NCBI RefSeq assembly: GCF_964355755.1
Contig: NC_092679.1
Span: 1,270,201 to 1,334,200 of the forward strand
Length of the DNA stretch: 64,000 nucleotides
DNA from: Antedon mediterranea
Lineage: Eukaryota > Animalia > Echinodermata
Reading direction: 5' to 3'
Under the pieces are notes generated by a model. The model did no database searches. It saw only the letters and a list, made by a program, of their open reading frames with translations, and was not told the DNA's origin. The translations under genes were made by a program, and so were the position numbers. Shown here one piece after another: positions 56,926-64,000 of this stretch. The stretch's first letter is position 1, and every line of letters begins with the position of its first letter.

Positions 56926-58140
56926 ATGACTTAGGCAGAAACACAAAAAATATAGTATATTGATATAAGCAGTGAGTTAGAAAAACAAACAAAAAATTGT
57001 GACTTAGACTCTTTTGTTATGAGGCTGTCCATATCATCTATATACAAAAAATTTTACCTTTAAGTAACAAAATGTAATAGCATCAGCTCTTCAGATTAAA
57101 ATTAACACTGATGATTTTAGAAAAGGAAAGTAGCAATAAAGAGAAAGAATTTGTAACAAATGGGTTAAAAAATATACTATAAAAATGTATTTCTTATTTT
57201 ATTAAAAAAATTATGAGTCTCCTCTCCTTAATTGCCTTAGTCACACAGCTGACTTAGGCAGAAACACAAAAAACGATCTGAGCGTGTGCAAATGTATATA
57301 AAAGCACTCAGATAATGTACAGAGGGCAGTATAATGATATAAGCAGTGAGTTAGGCAGATCATAAGTCTCCTCTCCTTAATTGCCTAAGTCACACAGCTA
57401 ACTTAGGCAGAAACACGAAAAATATAGTATATTGATATAAGCAGTGAGTTAGGCAGATCATAAGTCAGCTCTCCTTAATTGCCTAAGTCACACAGCTGAC
57501 TTAGGCAGAAACACAAAAATATAGTATATTGATATAAGCAGTGAGTTAGACAGAAAAACAAAACAAAAATTATCACTTAGACACTTTTGTTATGAGGCTG
57601 TCAATATCATCTATATACAAAAAATGCTACCTTTAAGTAACAAAATTTAATAGCATCAGCTCTTCAGATTAAAATTAACACTGATGATTTTAGAAAAAAA
57701 AAGTAGCAATAAAAGAGAAAGAATTTGTAACAAATGGGTTAAAAAATATACTATAACATGTATTTCTTATTTTATTTAAAAACTCATGAATCTCCTCTCC
57801 TTAATTGCCTAAGTCACACAACTGACTTAGGCAGAAACACAAAAAAAACGATTTGAGCGTGTGCAAATGTATATAAAAGCACTCAGATAATGTACAGAGG
57901 GCAGTATAATGATATAAGCAGTGAGTTAGGCAGATCATAAGTGAGCTCCCCTTAATTGCCTAAGTCACACAGATAGTACAGGGATTTTTTCCAAAAATTG
58001 CCAAAATATCAAGTTTTTAAAATTCAATTATTATGCTATAAAATTGCTCTATATGATCATATATTGCTTTAGCGTCACCTTATAGTACCATAGACACCAG
58101 TTTTATCGAAAAATAAAAGAGTCGAAAAATTGCCATTTTT

Positions 58141-58239
58141 AGTCGCGTGGACGTTCACTATGTCGGTCGGTCTGTCGGTCTGTCTGTCGGTCCGGTATCA
58201 CTGCGTTTTAGCACGCGACTTATGGCTGTTGGCCTTGTT
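58141..58239 (+). mobile_element. 99-bp HINE/DINE-1-like (Helentron-associated) element inserted in the right TIR of the last M copy
   Basis: Sub-terminal IR AGTCGCGTG (58141-58149) / CACGCGACT (58212-58220), internal (GTCN)n microsatellite (58162-58193), small 3' stem GGC-TGTTG-GCC, then TTGTT. Removing it restores GCCATTTTT|AGAAAAAATCCC. Confidence 0.8.
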
Positions 58240-58259
58240 AGAAAAAATCCCGTTTTTGG

Positions 58260-58518
58260 AATAAACATGCGCAGAGACGAATAATGGGTTCTCCGCATGT
58301 CAATTGTGCTATAGTAACCAGTTTTACCGAAAAATAAAAAGGTCGAAAATTTGCCATTTTTTGAAAAAATCCCTGTACTATAGTACAGGGAAATTTTCGA
58401 AAAATGACCGATTATCGACCCTTTTTTGTTGTTGACATAAATGGTTACTATTGCATAATAAACATGCGCAGAGACGAATAATGGGTTCTGCGCATGTCAA
58501 TTGTGCTATAGTAACCAG
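58260..58518. mobile_element. Two partial head-to-tail copies of a ~195-bp fold-back element with M-like TIRs
   Basis: 58260-58321 repeats at 58457-58518 (period 197). The junction is CCCTGTACT-AT-AGTACAGGG at 58371-58390. Internal IRs are ACATGCGCAGA/TCTGCGCATGT and TGGTTACTAT/ATAGTAACCA. Confidence 0.78.
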
Positions 58519-59228
58519 AATAACAAGACACCTTTTAAGACATGATATATTAAAATTAATTTATTTTTGGAATCGTTTTTGTAGGCCTACAGACACTACT
58601 GTACACATTTCCCACATTTCTGTATATATTTAGTGTGTACATAGACATAGATAACTAAAAATAAGTTTAAAATATTGTTTTTCATGTTTCTTGTATTTTT
58701 ATTTTAGTTTTACTAGTATTAATTTAAGAGGGAGAATATTCAATAATAATATCATTACGGTGTTCACATAGTCTCTCCAGGGTATTTAATTCTAAATATT
58801 CAAGAAATAAAATGAATACTCTAATAATAACTAAACAAGTTTAAGTGAGTATTGAATAAAATAGTTATTGACAATTATTCGTAGGGCAGTACCAAATTAT
58901 GTTTAAAACAACAACATTACACAGGTTGCTGTGCAATTAACACCATTGTTGTGCACTTGAATGGGTTTCCTATGACATAATAGGTGTTAATATGTCAATT
59001 GGGTGAGTCTTTCATGGCATTTGTAGTTGAGTTAGTCTTTGGTGACAATAGTAACACACACTTGCAATTGAGTGGTATTTTGATTTTTAAATTTCATATT
59101 TCTAGTTAAAATTTTGAATATCTGAATATACCACAAGGTGTATCATTCCCTAAATAGCTCAAAAAGCTAAAAAAGTGATTTTTGAAAAATGTGTCAGTTA
59201 AGTCGTTCTTTCACTGACAGGGCAGTAT

Positions 59229-59516
59229 AGTACAGGGATTTTTCAAAAAATGACCAAAATATCAAGTTTTTACAATTCAATTATTATGCGATAAAACTGC
59301 TATATATGATACAATTGCTTTATCGTCATCTTATAGTACCATAGACACCAGTTTTGTCGAAAAATAAAATTTTTGAAAATTTGTCATTTTTTCAAAAAAT
59401 GGCCAAAATATCAAGTTTTTAAAATTCAATTATTATGTGATAAAACTGCTCTATATGATCATATATTGCTTTATCATCATCTTATAGTACCATAGACACC
59501 AGTTATGTCGAAAAAT
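59229..59516. mobile_element. Diverged free-standing dimer of element M outside the array
   Basis: Starts AT-AGTACAGGGATTTTTCAAAAAATGACC. It contains two copies of the AATATCAAGTTTTTA...TATAGTACCATAGACACCAGTT core joined through GTCATTTTTTCAAAAAATGGCC. The right end is truncated. Confidence 0.85.
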
Positions 59517-59656
59517 AGCCAATAGCCACAAAATAAAAAGAAAAACCAAATTGCCTATTGTTGTGTGTTGATAATTGTTGATGACTGATGGTCATGTACA
59601 GACAGTAACCACTGTTCCTTGGTTAAGTGAGCTCTTGATTAGAGCACGACGGCCAA

Positions 59657-59700
59657 TCACAATACTGTTTTAAGAGTGTCGATTTCAAGTTGAATAGATT
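59657..59700 (-). CDS. Same gene, terminal coding exon k (44 bp to TGA)
   Basis: Follows the AC acceptor. Phase 1 gives ESIQLEIDTLKTVL*, which completes the UVR-like helix begun in exon j. Confidence 0.82.
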
Positions 59701-59972
59701 GTAAATAGATTGTTAAAGAACATAAGAATAAAACAAAAGAAAAGATGAATAACTAATAAAGTATGATTAATTATACTAGGGAGCTTCCAACGGCTGACAA
59801 ACGTATTACGTCATGTTACTTTATTGTGTGCATGCAAAGATATTAGGACGTGTGTCCTCGCTCCTCACCTTAGTCCAGTGACCACTGATGACCTAACCTA
59901 GGTTGGTCGTCACAAATTGAAAGCTACCTCAAAGTACTTAACTATGATTAGATGATATTAAATAAAGGATAT
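59701..59972 (-). other. U12-type (minor spliceosome) AT-AC intron, 272 nt
   Basis: 5' site ATATCCTTT, branch site TTCTTTAAC (59720-59712), 11 nt later the terminal ...TTTAC. The reading frame is preserved across the intron. Confidence 0.88.
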
Positions 59973-60063
59973 CGGCAACATCATAATTCTCTTCTTCAAT
60001 TGCTGATTCTAGTGCCTGCTGTAATTTTGCAATTACTTGCCTTTCTTCCTCATGTTTATCACA
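59973..60063 (-). CDS. Same gene, exon j (91 bp)
   Basis: TTTCTTACAG| ... GCCG|ATATCCTTT (U12 donor). Encodes CDKHEEERQVIAKLQQALESAIEEENYDVA. Phase 0 in, phase 1 out. Confidence 0.85.
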
Positions 60064-60195
60064 CTGTAAGAAATTCACAGAGTCATGTATGTTTATTTGT
60101 TGGTAATTTGGAGGAGGAGGGGAGTTAAAGGGAGGAGGATTAAAAAATGAAATATAATTATTATCAATTATTAAAATGATATTTACTGAACGTAC

Positions 60196-60416
60196 CACGA
60201 GTATATCATTATTTACTGGGTGTTGTAGCAGATATTCCTCAGCGTCTCCATCAAACATTACATGTAAATGATTACATAAGTACTTTATCCATAAACTACA
60301 TGTTTGAATCTCTGCTTGTATAATCTGCTTTGTCATCATTGGCTGGTGATCATCATGTGACACAAGTTCTTTGATCTTTTGGAAAGTACTTCGGGCTGAA
60401 TCGAGATGCTGCAAAC
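60196..60416 (-). CDS. Same gene, exon i (221 bp)
   Basis: CTAATTTCAG| ... GTG|GTACGT. Encodes GLQHLDSARSTFQKIKE...HPVNNDILV. Phase 1 in, phase 0 out. Confidence 0.82.
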
Positions 60417-60550
60417 CTGAAATTAGTGGCAATAATAAATTTACATTTTAAATATGCTAGCCGACCAATAGCCTACCCTTTATAGATACAACAAGGAAAT
60501 ATAGGTAATCTTTTGTTTATAACTCTACCACCTTTTCATCAGTTAAATAC

Positions 60551-60739
60551 CTTGTTTCTTTTCTTCTGTATCTAACTGTGTTTCTAATTCATCTTGTTCC
60601 TTTCTTATTGCTGATAATTCCTTTTTCAGTTTTTCTAATTGCTCTCTACTCTTCTCAAGCTCTTCTTCTATACTTGCTATTTCTTGAACCATAGATTTCA
60701 GCTCTATTGATAACTTTTTAGCCTCCGAAAAGTGCTTTC
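60551..60739 (-). CDS. Same gene, exon h (189 bp)
   Basis: TGATTGATTAG| ... AAG|GTATTT. Encodes GKHFSEAKKLSIELKSMVQEIASIEEELEK...DTEEKKQ. Phase 1 in and out. Confidence 0.88.
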
Positions 60740-60740
60740 C

Positions 60741-61137
60741 TAATCAATCAGTAAGAATCAATACAAATCAATAATAATCAATGAGAATCAATATGAATCA
60801 TTAGGAATCAATAGGAATCAATAGAAATCAATAAGAATCAATAGGAATCAATAGTTGTCAATAAGAATCGATCAGAATCAATAGGAATCAATAATAACCA
60901 ATAAGAATTAATAGGAATCATTAAGAATCAATGAGAATCAATAGGAATCAATAAGAATCAATAGAAATCAATAAGAATCAATAGGAATCAATAAGAATCA
61001 ATAGTAGTCAATAAGAATCGATAAGAATCAATAGGAATCCATAAGAATCAATAATAACCAATAAGAATCAATAGGAATCAATAATAACCAATAAGAATTA
61101 ATAGGAATAAAAAAGAATCAATAGGAATCAATAAGAA
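60741..61137. repeat. Intronic 10-bp minisatellite (ATA[A/G]GAATCA)n, about 40 units
   Basis: Direct reading: an exact 10-bp register is kept over ~400 bp, with substitution variants only. Confidence 0.97.
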
Positions 61138-61263
61138 AAAATACGAATGAAATAGTGAATAAAAGAATGTGAAACATTCATATCAACATTATAAGATCAA
61201 TTTGCATGTCTATAGTGGTCCTCCAAAGGTGACCCAGTTTTAGGAAGTTGATTGTATGTATAC

Positions 61264-61421
61264 CCTGTACTGCAGCCTGTTTAGCTACTTTAATTTCTTC
61301 TACTTGGCAACGCAGACTTGAGAGGGTTTTTGTTTGTAATGTAACTTCCGTTTGTTTGAAGATCATTGAAGATGTGGCGTTCTTTATCTTCTCAATTCCT
61401 TCACAAGTTATATCTTGTAAT
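61264..61421 (-). CDS. Same gene, exon g (158 bp)
   Basis: TGTATTTGTAG| ... |GTATAC. Encodes RLQDITCEGIEK...EEIKVAKQAAVQ. Phase 2 in, phase 1 out. Confidence 0.87.
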
Positions 61422-61437
61422 CTACAAATACAATTGA

Positions 61438-61491
61438 GATTGAGCAAAGCTTAAGATTAAGCAAAGCTTACTAAGATTGAACAAAGCTTAA
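61438..61491. repeat. Three imperfect tandem copies of GATTGAGCAAAGCTTAA
   Basis: GATTGAGCAAAGCTTAA / GATTAAGCAAAGCTTACTAA / GATTGAACAAAGCTTAA. Confidence 0.75.
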
Positions 61492-61701
61492 TATTTGTGT
61501 TAGTTTAGAGGCTCTCAACTTGAATTGAGAATTAGCTCCAAAAAACGAACACAACACAATTAAACTGAATACAGTACTTTGGATAGAAATGATTGGAAAG
61601 ACCCGACCAGATGTTCCATGTTGGCAGATGCAGTGATCCCAACATGAAAGTATAAAATGTATACCTGCATGATTCATATATTTAAATATAAACAGGCTCA
61701 C

Positions 61702-61845
61702 CTAGCAACACACTGTGACTGGTTGATTTCTAAAGTAGCAACAGTCAAGTCTGGTACCAATTGACCATCTGTTTTCTTCAGCACACGCAGGTTTGCTATA
61801 TTTGTCTCAATAACACCATTTACAACTGCTAACAAGTTGTCATAT
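61702..61845 (-). CDS. Same gene, exon f (144 bp)
   Basis: TTAATTTAG| ... AG|GTGAGC. Encodes KYDNLLAVVNGVIETNIANLRVLKKTDG...NQSQCVA. Phase 2 in and out. Confidence 0.82.
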
Positions 61846-61975
61846 CTAAATTAATGTTTCATTATTGGTTAGATTAATTATAATCAGTCATAACAAAGAA
61901 TAGAACTACAAAGCAGGCTACATAATAATTCTGATGATGTCACTGATAAAGACAATAACATTGACAAACACTTAC

Positions 61976-62232
61976 TTCTTTTCTTCTTTATCATACCATT
62001 GTGATTTAGTCTTCATTTCATCTTCATCTGACGTCAATTTACTCTCCAAAGTATTTAGTTCATGTTCTCTGTTCTTAATCTCTATTTGGTCTTTTTCTAA
62101 TTGTTGGATCTCATTGCTAAATCCATCCCTGACATTTGTAATAAGTTTATTCTGCTCTTCAATATCGTCTTTGATTTCTTTCTCCTGCTTTCTCAAACAT
62201 TCTAATTTCTTCAGTAATTCTTCAATTTCATC
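61976..62232 (-). CDS. Same gene, exon e (257 bp)
   Basis: Weak acceptor TTTAATAAAAG|, donor |GTAAGT. Encodes DEIEELLKKLECLRKQEKE...WYDKEEK. Phase 0 in, phase 2 out. Confidence 0.85.
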
Positions 62233-62588
62233 CTTTTATTAAATGCATAAAAAACATGGAACAATAAACACACTGCAAAACATATAGGCCTATGGGTAAA
62301 AGTCTTGTTTGGTAAATTTGTTAAAAATGTTTTACACCACAAAGTAAAATATTAAGATTTAATAGTTTTTGGCAAAATACAAATATAATTGCCCAGTAAG
62401 CCTGTAGCCAGGAGGAATTGTACAGGTTGGTTTTGAACATCCCCTCTCGTTAGCAGGCTATTGGCTTGCACTGTTAGCAGGCTATGGAAATTTGCCCAAT
62501 TAGCATGCTATGGGCTTGCCCGGCTATCAGTCTATGAGCTTGCCCTATTATGGTGCAAAAAAATATAATTATATGTTCTTATTTTTAC

Positions 62589-62715
62589 CTGTACACATTG
62601 CTGTTGAATTTCTAGTAAACTTTTTTTTGTGTCAAATTCTTTGGTTTCTTCTGCAATTCTATCTTCAAGGAGTTTCTCACATTTTAGTACGTCTTCTTGG
62701 TCTAATGTTAAATGT
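62589..62715 (-). CDS. Same gene, exon d (127 bp)
   Basis: TTGTTTTCAG| ... CAG|GTAAAA. Encodes GHLTLDQEDVLKCEKLLEDRIAEETKEFDTKKSLLEIQQQCVQ. Phase 2 in, phase 0 out. Confidence 0.88.
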
Positions 62716-62780
62716 CTGAAAACAATGTAATTGGAAAAAATTTAACAAATAATTTGTAAAATACTGCAGATAATATCTAA

Positions 62781-62938
62781 AGCTCTGTCTACACTATCAA
62801 ACTTAATGTGACAAAAAAATGTGATGTGCCAAAATATAGACATGATGTTATATCACTAGCATATTTGGGTATATCACTACCATATTTGGGCACATCACAC
62901 TTGTTTTTTCACACTAATTTGATAGTGTAGACAGAGCT
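62781..62938. mobile_element. 158-bp intronic MITE with perfect 21-bp TIRs (possibly PIF/Harbinger-like)
   Basis: AGCTCTGTCTACACTATCAAA ... TTTGATAGTGTAGACAGAGCT. Inner IR TGTGATGTGCC/GGCACATCACA and an internal 21-bp tandem TATATCACTA(G/C)CATATTTGGG. Flanks are TAA and AAA, an imperfect TWA-like TSD, so the superfamily call is tentative. Confidence 0.88.
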
Positions 62939-62954
62939 AAATACAAACCCTTAC

Positions 62955-63231
62955 CCTTTTGCTGTGTTTAGTTTCTGTTTTCTCTTTTGTATATCTAATT
63001 CTATATCTTGTTCACAATGTCGTTTTTTAACAGTTATTTCCTCATTTTTCAGTTCCAATTCCACCTTCAACTGTTTAGCAAGCTCCGCCTCGTTTTCTTG
63101 ACAAAGTATCTCGTCATTGGTCAATTGTTTAAGGTTGCTTAGTAACCATGGGTAATTGGCATGAGTATGTGGTTGAATAATAGACTGTTGTTTCAATTTC
63201 ATTTGCTCAATACTTTTGTTGAGTTCTTCCG
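62955..63231 (-). CDS. Same gene, exon c (277 bp)
   Basis: TTTGATTTTTAG| ... |GTAAGG. Encodes AEELNKSIEQMKLKQQ...KRKQKLNTAK. Phase 1 in, phase 2 out. Confidence 0.9.
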
Positions 63232-63346
63232 CTAAAAATCAAAGAAAAGAATAAGAAAGTAGTACAAGTTTATTTTTTAAACAAAACAAAGGTCTGTGTA
63301 AAGGAAAATATAAATGCTTAGAAAATTGAAAATAGGAACTAATTAC

Positions 63347-63483
63347 CTTTTTCATAATCTTCTTCTCGCAGCGCTTCTTTCTCAGATAATTCTATATCAT
63401 TTAGTGAGGATTGTTTATCCAACAACTGCAGCACACTGTGTAGACTGTCTTCTATGATATCATCTACATGTTTCTGAATATTC
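63347..63483 (-). CDS. Same gene, exon b (137 bp)
   Basis: TTCTTTCATAG| ... |GTAATT. Encodes NIQKHVDD...EKEALREEDYEK. Phase 2 in, phase 1 out. Confidence 0.88.
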
Positions 63484-63517
63484 CTATGAAAGAAGATCAT
63501 ATAAATATTGATAAAGA

Positions 63518-63581
63518 TCATGATGATGATGATGATATTAATGATGATGATGATGGTGGTGGTGTTGATGAAGGTGGTGGC
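63518..63581. repeat. (GAT)n/(GGT)n trinucleotide microsatellite
   Basis: Direct reading. Confidence 0.85.
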
Positions 63582-63610
63582 TGAATAATGAATAACATAA
63601 TGGATATGTA

Positions 63611-63810
63611 AACTAGAAGGGCACTCACAGAGCCCAAACTCTGGCTAGGCATATGAAAATTGAATCACATGTTCCCATACAGATGAAACCATCCTTTAAA
63701 ATCTTACAAAAATCGGGCAATAACTTTTTGAGTAATCCTGCTAACAAATATTGAAACAAACACACGCATTCGATTGACCTCATAACCTCTAACCATTCTG
63801 ACGGAGGTAA
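63611..63810 (-). mobile_element. Degenerate HINE/Helentron-like non-autonomous element in an intron
   Basis: The minus strand starts TTACCTCCG...GAGGTTATG, has a short GTTT microsatellite and GTTAGCAGGATTACTCAAAAAGTTAT, and ends in a small imperfect stem GGGCTCTGTGAGTGCCC followed by TTCTAGTT. The family call rests on the layout and my recollection of similar elements, not on a search. Confidence 0.55.
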
Positions 63811-63940
63811 TAAGCTAAATGGACATAATGACACCTATGCTGTCCATATATAGGCATGATAGCATGATTTTTCTGTTCACTTTGTGTTCATTGCATCTGA
63901 ATAACACAAATAATATGATAAATAGATCAATGATTCTTAC

Positions 63941-64000
63941 CTTTCCGCACTTGAATGTGAATTAACCTTTAACCTTTCAACTTGTTTAGTTAACATACAT
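63941..64000 (-). CDS. Coiled-coil / UVR-like-motif protein, exon a (5' boundary uncertain, probably outside the window)
   Basis: Open frame ...MLTKQVERLKVNSHSSAE ends at a strong donor AAG|GTAAGA, phase 2, compatible with the next exon. Confidence 0.7.

Larger units (their letters stand above)
1..58251 (+). repeat. Complex modular satellite array (modules A, B, C, M); continues beyond the left edge of the window
   Basis: The same four modules recur head-to-tail in one orientation throughout. The repeated ~63-68 aa ORFs in the ORF track mark the copies. The last A/B unit ends near 57,972 and the final M copy runs to about 58,251. Confidence 0.98.

Noticed and set aside
1-57972. CRISPR-like array (28-bp palindromic repeat separated by spacers)
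   Set aside because: The intervening sequences are only a few recurring types, not unique spacers. There are no cas genes, and the neighbouring gene has spliceosomal introns.
1-58251. rDNA/5S/snRNA/tRNA tandem cluster or telomeric repeat
   Set aside because: No recognisable RNA-gene sequence, internal promoter boxes or TTAGGG-type runs were found. TTAGG occurs only singly within the arms.
59938-60432. 164-aa single-exon ORF as a standalone gene
   Set aside because: Better explained as exons i and j joined by a stop-free intron, with read-through into the U12 intron. The listed start is not an ATG.
62394-62490. Possible MITE end (CAGTAAGCCTGTAGCCAGGA...) with a GTTAGCAGGCTAT direct repeat
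   Set aside because: No matching opposite terminus or TSD was found, so it is too degenerate to call.
61248-62719. Plus-strand ORFs 61248-61454, 61934-62242, 62510-62719 and minus ORF 61471-61701
   Set aside because: The plus ORFs are antisense shadows of Glu/Lys-rich exons. The minus ORF is intronic and starts at the GTG of a splice donor.
63625-63834. 69-aa minus-strand ORF (and 58451-58633 plus ORF)
   Set aside because: Both lie largely within non-autonomous repeat elements, and neither fits the exon chain or shows a recognisable motif.

Overview
AT-rich eukaryotic (probably invertebrate animal) DNA. Positions 1-~58,250 are one uninterrupted, single-orientation complex satellite built from four modules. 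A (98-99 bp) and B (149-150 bp) share a perfect 11-bp hairpin, TGCCTAAGTCA-cacagc-TGACTTAGGCA. C is a ~229-bp AT-rich spacer. M is a ~185-bp terminal-inverted-repeat (TIR) element that sits in the hairpin loop about 45 times. The modules are arranged in nested higher-order periods (~2.09, ~2.92, ~5.84 kb) plus a near-perfect 17,292-bp tandem duplication. The A/B monomers have the sub-terminal-IR and hairpin layout of non-autonomous Helentron-type (HINE/DINE-1-like) elements, so the array may be a concatemer of mobile elements (inference). The array ends in a nest of small transposons (58.0-59.5 kb). From 59,657 to the window end lies the 3' part of a minus-strand spliced gene: 11 phase-consistent exons giving ~567 aa of coiled coil with three UVR (UvrB/C)-like motifs. 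Its last intron is a U12-type AT-AC intron. All short ORFs in the array are repeat artefacts. No transposase, cas gene or RNA gene was seen. All alignments were done by eye.
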